Part shown: piece by piece, positions 26,881 through 41,349 of the stretch
Numbering within the stretch: the stretch's first letter is position 1
Layout of the letters: every line of letters starts with the position of its first letter
Assembly: GCA_016746295.1 (NCBI GenBank)
Contig: JAEAOA010001935.1
Location: forward strand, 2,610,024 to 2,674,023
Length of the DNA: 64,000 nt
Origin: Potamilus streckersoni
Lineage: Eukaryota
Direction: 5' to 3'
The notes under the pieces: model-generated
Told to the model about the DNA's origin: nothing
Databases searched by the model: none
What the model saw: only the letters and a program-made list of their open reading frames with translations
Translations under genes and position numbers: made by a program

Positions 26881-28829
26881 CACATCTCCAAATTAAATAT
26901 TTTTCATAGGCTCTTTTGCATGCATTGGAAATTAATTTTTAAAGGGAAGTTTAACAAAGTTTAAATTGTTTTTAGTTTTCTAAATTTTACAGGAGATTTA
27001 CAAAATGTACAAGGTCTATGTTAAACTGAATATTTTGCAGGAATCTCCGATCAGAAGGGAATTTAAAAAAAAAACTACATAGTAATTAAAAGTAAGCTTC
27101 AATTTCCTGGTGTGTTGAATTAAAATAGCAAGATTTAGGTTTTCTTATAACGTCGGGCATACATAGATTCAATTTTTTTAGAAAAAGTATCCCAAAAATT
27201 TATTCTTATTTCTTGAGTGTAAAGAAAATTAAAATCAAAATTGGTAAACAGATCCTAGTTATATCGCTAATTTTGTTGTCAAATGGCAGTTAAATCAGCA
27301 TCAATAAATTCTCAACTTTTAATAAGAAATCCTACATTTTGTTACATTGCAACAAAACTCACTGCACTGTAAGTAACATTTTCTGCTAATTTTGATCAGT
27401 GAAAATGTCAAAAATGACTAATGGTGGAAACACTTTACGAAAATTAATAGCAATGAAATAAGTTTTGGGAAGTGAAATTTGCGTTTTTTTATATTTTAAT
27501 TCAGTTTTAGTGTTATTACCATAATTTCTGTATACCCTCTTGTAATCAAAAAACGTCTATTATCATTACAGCTCAGTCCTTTGGCATTGCTGTGAGAACC
27601 TAATTAACTGCAGAATGCTTTTAGTCTCCAGTTTGCAGAAATATTTGTTGTATTGTTGCACTCAATTAAAAGCAGACTTGCTTTGTATTATCATGTATTT
27701 TGTATCAAATCAAATAAAAGGAATGGAATTAAAAAAGTTAAATGATATGCAATACTACTGACATAAGAGCTAGAGGTAAACACAGTCGTGAGTCGGATCA
27801 ACTCATTTCATTTGACCACTTGAATACTGTTACAGATAATGTGTAAGTAACAGTTAAACTAACTTAAATTATTCTTGTCATTTACAAATGTGATCAAAGA
27901 GAGCAAGGCAGTCAAGTAAAAGGAATACCTGGTGAACTCAATTTTTTTTTATTTCATATGGTTCATTAAGGAAAAGCAAGTTCCAAAGTTAATAGTGAAC
28001 TTAAAATTCCTGAATTTGCACATAGAGATTTTATTAGAGATGAGCATGTTTCACTGTTTCATGCAATATAATCATGTTATCAACATTTTAACAATATAAC
28101 AATTTTTAAAAATATAGTTTCCACGCATACATTTTTTTATGAAAGAATTGTCTCAGCTGATTTGTATGCAAACAGCGGTAATATTATACAATTTTTTGCA
28201 TGTTGTGTTGTGCATCCATCACCTATTCCTTTTTGAAACTTCTTCTCAAAACCACTCTTTCAGTTTGGACCAGATTTGGCAGAAAGTATCAGATGATGAC
28301 CATTTTGAGAACAAAATATATTAAACCTACAAGAAGCATCTTTTCAAAAACTGAAGATAAGAATTTCATAAAATTTGACAGAAAGTATTATGGCAGTAAG
28401 ACCTTTTGAGTTCTGCAAATCATGCTGGTCTGCTGCCAGATATGACTACCATTATTAAAGTAGAAACAGTTTTTTTTCCAAAACTACCAAATACTCCTAG
28501 ACCAAACTAGAGAGAATCCAGCTAGCATGAAGATAGTTCAGTTCTTTGCCATTGATGTTAATCAACTCTCAGATAATTACTATAATTAGAAGCCTGAAAA
28601 CAAGCTCATTAAAACCACTGAAAAGAAATTTTCCAAATTTGAGAGCAAGTATCTTGGCATGAAGACCTTTCAGATTTGTACAAATGATGCTGTCTTGTTG
28701 TAAGAGTTATAGCCCTTGTAACTTGCAAATGAATTAAGAGCTTCACAAAACACAACCTGTCTCATAGATTTACTTGGACTACCATGAAATTTGTGAAATG
28801 TTTGGATCATCATTGGAAAATGTGCATAT

Positions 28830-29470
28830 TGACAAATTACTGTGCTGTTGACTTTGGTATGGGTATTTGGGTGTTTGAGTAATAGGATAATTGGGTATGG
28901 GTATTTGGGTGTTTGAAGTAATAGGGTAATTGGGTATGTGTATTTGGGTGTTTGAAGTAATTGGGTATGGGTATTTAGGTGGTTGAAGTAATTGGGTAAT
29001 TGGGTATGGGTATTTAGGTGGTTGAAGTAATTGGGTAATTGGGTATGGGTATTTGGGTGTTTGAAGTAATTGGGTATGGGTATTTAGGTGGTTGAAGTAA
29101 TTGGGTAATTGGGTATGGGTATTTAGGTGGTTGAAGTAATTGGGTAATTGGGCATGGGTATTTGGGTGTTTGAAGTAATTGGGTAATTGGGTATGGGTAT
29201 TTGGATGTTAGAAGTAATTGGGTAATGGTATTTAGGTTTTTGAAGTAATAGGATAATTGGGTATGGGTATTTGGGTGTTTGAAGTAATAGGGTAATTGGG
29301 TATGGGTATTTGGGTGTTTGAAGTAATAGGGTAATTGGGTATGGGTATTTGGGTGTTTGAAGTAATAGGGTAATTGGGTATGGGTATTTGGGTGTTTGAA
29401 GTAATAGGGTAATTGGGTATGGGTATTTGGGTGTTTGAAGTAATAGGGTAATTGAGTATGGGTATTTGGG
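28830..29470. repeat. ~39-bp minisatellite, about 16 units (gggtatttgggtgtttgaagtaatagggtaattgggtat)
   Basis: Direct. Confidence 0.85.
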
Positions 29471-29629
29471 TGTTTGAAGAATGTTCATGCACACAGGGTT
29501 TTAAAATTCAGTCTCCACTGGGGATAGTGCTGGAAAACTTAGTAATGTGGCACAGACTGACAGAAAATAGGAGGGGCATATTTTCATGCCCTGTAGGTGA
29601 AGTCATGTGATATGTTTCCTTTTTTCCAG

Positions 29630-29774
29630 TGGCAGCCATTTTCCCACATAATGAAGCAGCTCACTGAACAGGAAGGTGTACCAGAGAGTCACATAATGCT
29701 CGTACACAAAGACAAAACCCTGGATGAGTCAGACACACCTAACAGTGTTAAACTCCACACAGCAGATATCATAG
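29630..29774 (+). CDS. NFATC2IP: Exon 5: WQPFSHIMKQLTEQEGVPESHIMLVHKDKTLDESDTPNSVKLHTADII(E), remainder of SUMO-like domain 1
   Basis: Acceptor ttccttttttccag| at 29629; donor atag|gtcagt at 29774/29775. VKLHTADII matches NIP45 SLD1 LKLGVADIID and the SUMO consensus around the QRQGVP-like motif (EQEGVPESHIMLVH). Phase 0 in, phase 1 out. Confidence 0.75.
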
Positions 29775-30989
29775 GTCAGTAGTCGTACTGCATGCCTGCT
29801 TCAGGTCTGTGTTAGGTCAATAGTTCATAAGGCATGACTGTTTCAGGTCTGTGTTAGGTCATTAGTTCTTAAGGTATGTCCTCTTCAGATGTGTTAGGTC
29901 AGGAGTTCTTAAAGCATACCTGCTTCAGGTCTATGTTAATTAGTAGTTCATACAGAATGCCTGTTTCAGATTTGCATGCCTGCCTCAAGACTATGTTTTG
30001 TCATGAAAATATTTTGCTGTTTTAGTAGAAAACTGTAAAGGTGTAGTTAATGATCTTCTTGATTAGAACAGTATGAATAGTATACAAAAGCATGGATTAT
30101 GTCAGCATTTCATAACATTTATTATATTTTCATTATTAAGACATTATAAGAAATAAATTATACTCATATGGTGTCATTTATCCCAGATAAACACCAGATA
30201 TGAGGAGGGTATCCAAGTCTAAGGCACACAAATCAGTCTTTGTTTCTTATTTAATTTCCTTTTTGAACTGAATGGCCAATAATAACAGGTGTGGAAAAGT
30301 TGTTTTTGAAGCTTTTAAAGGGAAAATATCAGATTAGTTTAGAATGTGAGATATCATTTTGTTTAAATTTTCCATGATTCAAACCATGCTCGAGGGAGTT
30401 GTAATATATGAGCAGTGTGAATTTTCTCTGTGGCTAAATCAGATAATCTGTGCATTGGTTTAAATGGCATTTTATTTACAGAAGTCATGATGGAAAATAT
30501 ACAAGATCAAACAAGAGATATATCAAGTATCACTCATAGGCTGTATTTTCTCATTAACAATCATATTTACTTTTATAATGATTAATAAAGGCATCATGTT
30601 ACAACATTGAAACACACTAAAGTAAAAGTCACTTGGGTCATGTATGTGCATTTACTCTTTTTTAAATAAAATATAAATTATTCTTTTAAAAATAATACAC
30701 CTTTTCTTTAACCAAAGTCTATTCAGTCCTGATCATTGAATGCTATGTGCCTTAACTGTTGCAAATAAATTTCCAAATGAAAATTATCTATTGCTGTGGT
30801 CTTTTATACTGGAGGCCATGTACTAAACATGGTTCAAGAAAAGAGCACTTTGACTGGAGTCGTCGAAATATAGGGTAGTACGAATAGTTTATGTATATAT
30901 TTCATTGTGACATCACAGTGCACGACATTCAATCTGGATTGTAGATAAATGACTGTTAACATAAGCTTGGGTGGTATATATTTATGATA

Positions 30990-32460
30990 GTAAAATATGT
31001 ACTAGATATGATGACATGTGATCAAGTAAATCTCAATCTTACAAAATATGTACCAGATATGATGACATGTAATCAAGCAAATCTCAATCTTACAAAATAT
31101 GTACCAGATATGATGACAAGTAATCAAGCAAATCTCAATCTTACAAAATATGTACCAGATATGATGACAAGTAATCAAGCAAATCTCAATCTTACAACAT
31201 ATGTACCAGATATGATGACATGTAATCAAGCAAATCTCAATCTTACAAAATTACAATCTTACAAAATATGTACTGGATATGATGACATGTGATCAAGCAA
31301 ATCTCAATCTTACAAAATTATGGTCTTAATTGTGACCAGCTTGAAGATCTCATTGACCTCAGCTAATTGTACCAGATATGATGACATGTGATCAAGTAAA
31401 TCTCAATCTTACAAAATTACAATCTTACAAAATATGTACCAGATATGATGACATGCGATCAAGCAAATCTCAATCTTACAACATATGTACCAGATATGAT
31501 GACATGCGATCAAGCAAATCTCAATCTTACAAAATATGTACCAGATATGATGGCATGTGATCAAGCAAATCTCAATCTTACAACATATGTACCAGATATG
31601 ATGACATGTGATCAAGTAAATCTCAATCTTACAAAATTACAATCTTACAAAATATGTACCAGATATGATGACATGTGATCAAACGAAACTCAATCTTACA
31701 AAATTACAATCTTACAAAATATGTACCAGATATGATGACATGCGATCAAGCAAATCTCAATCTTACAAAATATGTACCAGATATGATGACATGTGATCAA
31801 GTAAATCTCAATCTTACAAAATATGTACCAGATATGATGACATGTGATCAAGCAAATCTCAATCTTACAAAATATGTACCAGATATGATGACATGTGATC
31901 AAGTAAATCTCAATCTTACAAAATATGTACCAGATATGATGACATGTGATCAAGTAAATCTCAATCTTACAAAATTACAATCTTACAAAATATGTACCAG
32001 ATATGATGACATGCGATCAAGTAAATCTAAATCTTACAAAATATGTACCAGATATGATGACATGCAATCAAGTAAATCTAAATCTTACAAAATATGTACC
32101 AGATATGATGACATGCGATCAAGCAAATCTCAATCTTACAAAATATGTACCAGATATGATGACATGTGATCAAGTAAATCTCAATCTTACAAAATTACAA
32201 TCTTACAAAATATGTACCAGATATGATGACATGTGATCAAGTAAATCTCAATCTTACAAAATTACAATCTTACAAAATATGTACCAGATATGATGACATG
32301 TGATCAAACAAATCTCAATCTTACAACATATGTACCAGATATGATGACATGTGATCAAGTAAATCTCAATCTTACAAAATATGTACCAGATATGATGACA
32401 TGCGATCAAGTAAATCTAAATCTTACAAAATATGTACCAGATATGATGACATGTGATAAC
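30990..32460. repeat. 51-bp minisatellite (variants up to 67 bp), about 27 units (tatgtaccagatatgatgacatgtgatcaagcaaatctcaatcttacaaaa), one 60-bp interruption at 31310-31370
   Basis: Direct. Source of many repeat-ORFs (MMTCDQ...). Confidence 0.9.
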
Positions 32461-33360
32461 CCTATCTACACCTTGGCAGATTGAACAGCTCTCTTGGTGC
32501 TTTTTCCAAGCGACATCTTTTGGATTTCATATGTTGCCTCCCTTAGTATCTTATGCCAACTAACCACAGCATTGTGTATTGCACATAGGCTGAAAATGGT
32601 GGAGGCAATTGACATAATAAGGATGCTTGCAAGTCTAACATCAAAAGTATGACTATGTACCATAGGGAAACCATTACAGGTGTACTTGAGTGCAAACATG
32701 GATTGGAAGTGGAAAATTGTGCAAAAATGGATCGGCAGTGGAAAATTTGTGCAAACACGGATCAGCAGTGGAAAATTGTTTATTTATCAGTCCATTCAAG
32801 TTGTGTACTACCATTGACTCGATCATGTAGGAACGGTGTTCAGATTTGAGCGACTTAGTTTTGATTGGATGAGGTGTCTTGCCACCACATCCAATGAAAT
32901 TCACAGACCCGAATAACAAAAATGTCTGTTTGATATGTCAAGGTATAGCTATGGTTATTGGAACCTTGGCTAGCGAAGATGTGCAAAGGATTACCCGGGA
33001 ATTTCAAATATGGGGCAATAGTCCAATTGTTTGGTTGCTAAGGGTAACATACTTTGTACAGACTAAGAGAAAATGATATACAGTTTATGTGTATTTAGTT
33101 GTCTTTTTTTCAGTCACCCAAACCGCTGACTCCCTTTCTCTCAGTCTCTCTCTGAAATTGCAAAGTATATCAGAATCATAATTGTACAATAGTTTCTTAA
33201 ACTCCTTTTTCTGTCAAAATCCATAAATTGTGTTGTTTATAATTGATTATTTAGCAAAATCAGAGTGGGTAAAGTGCATTGAAATGTAGAAAGGCAAGGG
33301 CATCAGCTGATGCTATCATATTTTGTACAGCCTTGAAAGTACACCTCTCATTATCAGCTT

Positions 33361-33438
<78 letters not shown>

Positions 33439-34689
33439 CTTCCCTCCCTTCCTTTCACTCCTTTATCTTTCTCTCTCGCTCTGATGGCGGTGATAATTAC
33501 AAGAAATTAACTTGTAAAGAACTCAGTTGTTCAGTCATGAGCAGACATTTGCTTGAGATTCATACAGTGAGAAATTGGTATTCCAATAAACACCTGATTT
33601 GAATTAAGTGATTTAACAGAGAAACACTTTTGAAGTATGTTAGAACTGAGAAATAGAACATAAATTGCTTTTATAAAATATACATTTCATCAGTATAGTC
33701 TATTCAAACATAAGAATAGTTATCTTCCCTCATTAACACAATAAAGTTTTCAATTCAGCATCATTTCATCAATGTAGTAGAATAAGGATTGAAAGAAAAC
33801 ATGGTGAAGATTAGTATTATATCTTTATTTCCCTTTAGGTAGCAAATTTTTACTATTCTCGATATTCAAGCTAATGTATATTCCGCAGTACTCACTATAA
33901 CGTGATTCAGTAATTAACAGTTGGTGGTTGTGCATTATAATGAGGGACAGCTATCCTCCCAGTTTTTGATTTAAAGTCATATTTGTGATCTTAGGTTTGA
34001 ATAAATGTATGGCTTATTTTATACACTTTATTTTCACTGTCCCAGAGAATGACTTGACTGTCAGAAGATTATTCTTTACCCATGAAATCAAATGGTTTAT
34101 CCCAAACTTGGTTAAGGCAGCACAACTGTTAAATTGTTTATCTCAAGTACATTACAAGGCCAGTACCTTGATCTGCTTATGAATTTCAGTTAAAATAATT
34201 TTGAAGCCTAAATATAAGTTTCTTTAAAGAATCTCCCAATGCCTGATTTGTCCATTTTATAGTCAGTCAAAAGTTAGTCCCGTTGGACATCCAGCATATA
34301 AGATGATTCAGAAGATACAGTGTTTTATAAGTTAATGTGTCTTTGTAAGAAATTATTTAAATTTGAATGAAATTGGCAGAGAAAGTCAGTAAATTATGTT
34401 TCTTCATTTGTGACATTATTATAATTATGCAGATACTGAATTCAGTTGGCTAGTATAATTAATATAATTACTCTAATATGGTATAATTACTCTAATATAG
34501 TATAATTACAATATAGTATAATTACTCTATAATATAGTATAATTACTCTAAATATTTATGCAACTTGTTTGCCAGTTTGATATATGTATACCAATGCATG
34601 TTCCTCTGCCAGAAAAAAATTAAAAGATGAAGTAACCGTTTTTAGTATTTCTTATTTGATATGTACATGTATTAAGTTGAAAACTGCAT

Positions 34690-35275
34690 GAGTGAAGTCC
34701 ACATTTTTACCTTACCCTCTGCCTCATGCATAGCAAAGTCCACATTTTTACCTTATCCTCTGCCTCATTCATAGCGAAGTCCACATTTTTAACTTACCCT
34801 CTGCCTTATTTATAGTGAAGTCCACATTTTTACCTTATCCTCTGCCTCATGCATAGCGAAGTCCACATTTTTACCTTACTCTGCCTCATGCATAGTGAAG
34901 TCCATATTTTTACCTTACCCTCTGCCTCATGCATAGTGAAGTCCACATTTTTACCTTTCTCTCTGCCTCATGCATAGTGAAGTCCATATTTTTACCTTAC
35001 CCTCTGCCTCATGCATAGCGAAGTCCACATTTTTACCTTACCCTCTGCCTCATGCATAGTGAAGTCCACATTTTTAACTTACCCTCTGCCTTATGCATAG
35101 TGAAGTCCACATTTTTAACTTATTCTCTGCCTTATGCATAGTGAAGTCCACATTTTTACCTTACCCTCTGCCTCATGCATAGTGAAGTCCACATTTTTAC
35201 CTTACCATTTGCCTCATGCATAGTGAAGTCCACATTTTTACCTTACCTTCTGCCTCATGCATAGCGAAGAGGATA
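34690..35275. repeat. 41-bp minisatellite, about 14 units (gtccacatttttaccttaccctctgcctcatgcatagtgaa)
   Basis: Direct. Confidence 0.9.
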
Positions 35276-35825
35276 CACATGCAATATTTCCATCAGTTAA
35301 TGAACTTGTATATTACACAATGCATTACATAGGCCACTATATGGACTCTGTAAAGATATTGTGGCATTTTTTTTAAAAACTCCAGCATGGTTATGATTAT
35401 AATCTGTCTTATCATCAGTCATGCTACTCTGACACCATCCATATGTAACTAAAAATGACCTGCCTTTGACCCCCACCTCCTCTTTACACCTTTTTACCTT
35501 GAATAAATTCAAACATATCAAAAGATTCCTGCAGTATTTGTAACAATTTCTTGTAAATAAATGTATTAATCTCTGTAAACAACACTTTACACACACTTAA
35601 CTGCATGTCACTTATTTACATATATTGAATATTTGTATCAAATTTACATACTCAAGTTATTTGCTTCACATTTGTCATTATATTTAGTCACTTACTTGCT
35701 TACCTGTTATTTGCATATCCTCTTTATTTGTATAGACAAATATCAAAAATATACCATTACAATGATAACACACCATGTTAAGAATCTTGCTTATGCAATA
35801 GAAGCAGAGTTGGTTCAGTAATTGT

Positions 35826-36284
35826 CTATCTTGGGAATGATTATTTGTATGTCTGGTATGCCTTTTTGTTGTAGAGAGTGTTATGGGAATGATTATTTGT
35901 ATGTCTGGTATGCCATTTTGTTGTAGAAAGTGTTATGGGAATGATTATTTGTATGTCTGGTATGCCATTTTTTTGTAGAGAGTGTTATGGGAATGATTAT
36001 TTGTATGTCTGGTATACCATTTTGTTGTAGAGAGTGTTATCGGAATGATTATTTGTATGTCTAGTATGCCATTTTGTTGTGGAGAGTGTTATGGGCATGA
36101 TTATTTGTATGTCTGGCATGCCATTTTGTTGTAGAGTCTGTTATGGGCATTATTATTTGTATGTCTGGTATGCCATTTTGTTGTAGAGAGTCTATTATGG
36201 GCATGATTATTTGTATGTCTGGTATGCCATTTTGTTGTAGAGAGTCTATTATGGGCATGATTATTTGTATGTCTGGTATGCCAT
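35826..36284. repeat. 52-bp minisatellite (gggaatgattatttgtatgtctggtatgccattttgttgtagagagtgttat), host of the hAT-like insertion. One degenerate unit lies after the insertion (37365-37420).
   Basis: Direct. Confidence 0.9.
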
Positions 36285-37356
36285 TAGGGCTGTCATCGGG
36301 TACCCGGTTATCTGGGTACCCGACCGTATAGAAAAACCTGGGTATTCAAATGTAAAAGCCGGTACCCGTAAAAAAAAATAATAAAAAATAATTGCCACAC
36401 TCGCCAATTACTTCAAACAGGTGTGACAGCTATGGCTATAATTAGAAACCAGATCTCTGCTTAATATAAATAAACAATATGTCAGTCTGTTTGGATTAAT
36501 AAAATTCATAGGCGTTGTGCAACCGGACAAACCGTTATCTCTGAGGCATTATATACCAAGGTTAAAACATTTGTTCTTCAGGTAATAAACCTCTTTGTAG
36601 ACCATAACTATTTTTATGTGGGTGCTAAATGATCAGTACATTGCATGCTCTTTTAATGATATCCAGATGGATACCTTTGATTGCCGAACAAACATGTCAA
36701 AGAAATCCCACAATTTATATTATGAACAATCTTCACCTAGGCACTTTGAAATCTTCGTACTGCCTCAAAGTAATTTTTGCTCATTGTTCCTCTAGTCAAC
36801 TAGCTCTGTGAATTTCAAAAGTTAGCCATCTTACATATACTGATATTTCTATTTTCGATACTACTACATTTTTACCATAACTATTTTAAGAATTATAATT
36901 CCAAAATAATAACACTTATGCAACTGCGTGGTCACGTGTTATAACTGGGGCACACATGCGTGGGTAATTCAAAAGCAGATGAATAAACGTGGTCTGTTCT
37001 AACAAGGACTTATCCTTTAAAAAATGCGAGTGTTCTAAAGCTTTTAACGCGGCTGATCACAGTGATCATTAAAAGTTGGATTATACCTACCATCTGTGTG
37101 CAAAGGTCATTCTAAATAAATTTATCAATTAACAGCGTGTGGTCAGACAATTCACAGCTACGTCGGTGTGGACGGTGTGGACGAATCAGACCAAGTAGTA
37201 CACGGTTAGCCTCTATCACCATAAAAAAAATATTAAAGAAATGGAGATAACAATTAGTTGATCTACGGTTGTACATGTCATTCATATGCTAACGGGTACC
37301 CATTAAAATTTGCACCAGTTGCCCGGGTTGGTATTTTGTGAATTTTGACAGCCCTA
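36285..37356 (+). mobile_element. Non-autonomous hAT-like DNA transposon (1072 bp) with 11-bp TIR TAGGGCTGTCA and 8-bp TSD TATGCCAT, inserted in a 52-bp minisatellite
   Basis: Left end tagggctgtcatcgggtacccgg; right end ccgggttggtattttgtgaattttgacagcccta. It is flanked on both sides by tatgccat (36277-36284 and 37357-37364). The minisatellite unit resumes after the element. No ORF inside. Subterminal gggtaccc repeats. Confidence 0.7.
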
Positions 37357-39081
37357 TATGCCATTATGTTTTAGAGAGTCTATAATGGACATGATTGTCT
37401 GTATGTCTGGCATACCAGAGATTATTTTTTGATAATTTTCATATGACATTAATAACAATAGTATCCACTGTTATGAAAAACTTAAATATGTTTGTTCATG
37501 TTGAAATAATCATACCTGCCACATTCCCATACAGTGTTGGGGTCTTGGGAATGGTTAAGACTCAAAAAGTGTTTTCATGCCTCAAAAGGGGGGTCAGTGC
37601 AAGTGACCAAAAAAGTATCAACGAAAAATTGAGAACAATCAATCTTTTCATATAAGCCTATGAAAATTGGAAATTCAAATCTAAATAAAAGAACAAAGGA
37701 AAAATAGTTGGTTGTGTTCTTATTGTCAGATATCACCACACAAGTTTAACTACTATCATACATACTACATGTAAAATTAAGTTGAAACATATACCAAGTT
37801 TCAGTCTTTAAAATCCATTGAATGGCAAAATAAAAAAATCAGTAGTTTAATATGGGTTTAATGGTAATGTGTCATTAGTGCTGCTTATCTTTGCACTCTC
37901 TCTAGACTTTGGATGGTAATGTTAATCAGAACTCTGTTGTTCTTGCTGATCATAATGTTAACATTGGCAGAACTGTATCTTATGTATTGTTATCACAAGA
38001 TATGCTGCATCACTAAATAAAATGAAAATATACATCACATTTGGGGCTGACTCATTTATTTGGAGGGAGGAGATATCAGATTTTGAAGTCTAATTGGGGA
38101 CCTTACAGGTAATCAACAGTAATAAATGTACCTGTCCAGTGTGAATGCAATTTCTTTATCATGTTGAATCAACTGTGTAAACATGGGCATGTACCTATTA
38201 ATTGTCATTAAGTTCATCTGTTTCATGGCAAAAATCATCTTGAAGAGCATTGCTAGATTAATAGCTGGTGTTTTGACAAGACCGACATAGCAAATGATAA
38301 TAAAGGGAACAAATCTGAATGTTCAATTCACTATGTCATATATTTTGTGTATTATGTTGTTACTTACAGGTGGTGCTGCTGTTTCAACAGATGTCGTTCA
38401 TTACAGAATGCATAAAGAATAAAATGCTTCACAGAGTCAGCCTCTGTCAACCAGGATTTGGTTGCTGTGCTGATAGCTGATTGTTTCCACAGGAAATATG
38501 TTTTGACATTCTGCCTTCAAAATTGAATCACACTTGGATGCTATTCCAACAACTAAAATAATTATGATTACCATTTTATGTATGAAGTAAAATCACACTT
38601 AAATGAAACATTACCACTGTTTGCGAATTTGTGACTAATCTTTAATAAAGATGTCCTAAACACTCTCATTCAAGGCATTTATGTGAGATAACTTCTGTTG
38701 TTCAACATGCATCTCATTGATTTTCCTGTAGCTTTAAATTAATTGGGTTATTCCATGTTGTTTATTTTGCCTATACAAATTAGCCTAATGAGCTCCTCCA
38801 CAGCTGTCTTCCAGGAAATTAACACATAACCATAGCTATTTTCAGCCATTTAAGTAATAAATGAAATGGTGTTTGTTTATACCTTTAATTGCTTTGAGTA
38901 TTAGCTGCATAGACAGTCTCAAGGACAGTTTTACATGAGCTCTAAGGACTGTTTTTGATTACACATGCTTCGTGTTACTGGTAAGTATTGAGGTGGTTAC
39001 TTTCTTTGGCTTCAAAACACTCATACTCTTAGTTGCATAAATTTTTAATTTAGGAAAAAATTTTGTCATTTTTTTGTGTAG

Positions 39082-39221
39082 AATGCCACATCATCTCCAG
39101 ATTTGAAGAAGGTGACTCACCAGAATTGAATAATAGCCTTGGAATAGAGAATCCAGATTTAATTGAATTGTGTGTTCAGAGTTGTAATAGGAGAAACAAG
39201 GTTTTCATCAAAGTTGACAAG
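39082..39221 (+). CDS. NFATC2IP: Exon 6: (E)CHIISRFEEGDSPELNNSLGIENPDLIELCVQSCNRRNKVFIKVDK, linker plus first strands of SUMO-like domain 2
   Basis: Acceptor tttttttgtgtag| at 39081; donor aag|gtcagt at 39221/39222. The phase-1 junction recreates codon gaa. IELCVQSCNRRNKVFIKV aligns with NIP45 SLD2 LQLRVQGKEKHQTLEVSL. No stop codons in frame. Confidence 0.7.
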
Positions 39222-39659
39222 GTCAGTTAGTCACATCATATAAACAGTGACATATTAGGGGCAATCTGGGGGTAATAATTCAAATATTGAGCTGATAACC
39301 TAATAAGAAAAATATCAGGAAAAAATTGCAGAATTTATAAATTCACTTTTTTCATTAGAGTGAAATGATAATTTTGGAAGTAGCCATTTTTTTATATATA
39401 TCTTGGCTAGTCCGAACATAAGAATGGTCTTCCACTTAATTTAAGATTGTTTCCATGCATGCTTTTTTCTAATTTAAAATAGTCTTTATTTAAACTGACA
39501 GCATATGCATTGCGTTAAGAAATCAACAAAACTGTTTTACAAACAAACATGAGTGAATAATCCTGAGCCTCCATCTCTTGTTCTGTATTTTCAGTCTCAC
39601 CTCTTTGATTCGTTTTAGAACAGTTTGTGTGTGGTTTTTATTTTGAACATAGCTTTAAC

Positions 39660-39905
39660 AATTGTTCAGTCATATTGCTCTGATGTTTGCAGTGTGACAG
39701 TTTATAGTGATGTCTAGCACTGGGGCATCAAACAGCAGACATATAGCATGATGTCTCACCCACGCTAATTATCCTGGCACCAGGTAAAGCTAATTTTTTG
39801 ATATTGAGCACCTAACGAGGCAGCTGCTAGTACTATTTTCACTTTGTTATGACTAAGCCAGGGTTCGAACCAGTGACCTACATATAAGGCTGTTTTAGAA
39901 CAAGT
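39660..39905 (-). mobile_element. SINE family A copy
   Basis: Reverse complement of the shared body and tRNA-like head (gttctaaaacagccttatatgtaggtcactggttcgaaccctggc). Confidence 0.65.
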
Positions 39906-40904
39906 AATTAGCATAATAAATGAAAACCATATTGTGATGAGTCCTCAGATTCAAATAAGACTAAATTTTATTTAGCTAATAATAATGATTATAGGATATT
40001 ACATAATTCATATTACCATCACAGAGCAAGATGAGATCAAGGATGGAACAAGTGAATGCAAAATTTAGTATTTACAGGTGATGCTCAAATTACATCATAG
40101 ATGTGTACCTGAGGTGTAAATTGAAAATTGGTGTACCGTAAATCAAAAGTAGTCTTCCCATACAATACTTGTAAATTGGCAAATTATACCTCGGCGTTTT
40201 CAAGTAATGATATTTTATGCATAGTGTTCAAATAAATCCATGCATATAATATGTGCATCAGATGCATGCAAGCACAGCAAGTAACAGCACATGGTGCCAG
40301 TGATGGTGTAAAAACAAGCACAGTCATGCAAATTGAATGTAACCTCTTTATTATGAATGAAATTAAAATGAAAGTACCTAGATAGAATTGGCATAAAGCA
40401 TGCATCACCTTATCTGAGATTAGATTTAAAATGAAACATAGTTGGAACATGAAATTGTCCAATCAACATGTACTTTTTAAAGTAATATGTGATATTTGAT
40501 AATTCTTCAAATACTGGGCAGTTTAACAAAGATCACTTAAAGCTGAATAGACTTTATTTGACTTTCAAATCTATCAAAACAATTGTATGAACTGTAATCA
40601 CTAGAATCTGTTAATCCAATACATTTAATGATCTGAAAATCATTGAAAGTTACAGTATGAAATCCATTCCTGACTTTAGACCATACTGCTATAAAGAGAT
40701 TTGCATAAATTTTTTTTGATCTCTCAGAAAATCAAAATGTTCCACCTACAAATTTGCAAAGTTTTTGCTTTCAGATCCTTGTTTTTTTTTTCTGAGAAGT
40801 TTCTTGAGATAGATGCTCCATTTGTTAAGTCAGTGGTGAAAATTTCACAAGAATTGCAGAGTTTTATCTAAAATTTTAATAAATTGGGTATTTTACCCTT
40901 TAAC

Positions 40905-41225
40905 TGCTGCAGTGGTCTAGTGGTTTGAACGTCTGCCTTGAATGTGGGAGGTTGTGGGTTCAATCTCTGGCCAAGTCATACCAAAGACTTCTAAAAATGG
41001 TACTAACAGCTGCCTTGCTAGGCATGCAGCTTTAAGATGTTAGTGTTAGGACTGGTCGGCCTGGTATCAGGATAATGTGACTGGGTGGGACATGATGCTA
41101 CATGTCTGCAGCATGATGCCCCAGTGCTAGAAATCACTATAAACTGCCATACTGCAGACATCATAGTGATATGACTGAAATTTTAAGCTGTTAAAATTCC
41201 AAATCATGCACACACACACTTAACC
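40905..41225 (+). mobile_element. SINE family A, full-length copy with (CA)n tail
   Basis: cagtggtctagtggtttgaacg...ggttcaatctc head, shared body, cacacacac tail at about 41210. Confidence 0.7.
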
Positions 41226-41349
41226 TTTTATTAGAAACTAATTGGGCTTTTAGAAATTAAAATATCTTATATTGTGAGCACCAAACAACTTTTTAAAAAA
41301 AAAACAACTTACAATACCAGATTAGAAATTAATCATGAAAATGTTCATC

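Noticed and set aside
31675-32169. 164-aa ORF and many 60-100-aa ORFs (MMTCDQVNLNLTKYVPD...) on both strands between 30984 and 32484
   Set aside because: All are frame-periodic read-throughs of the 51-bp tandem repeat. Overlapping opposite-strand ORFs with the same period confirm the artefact.
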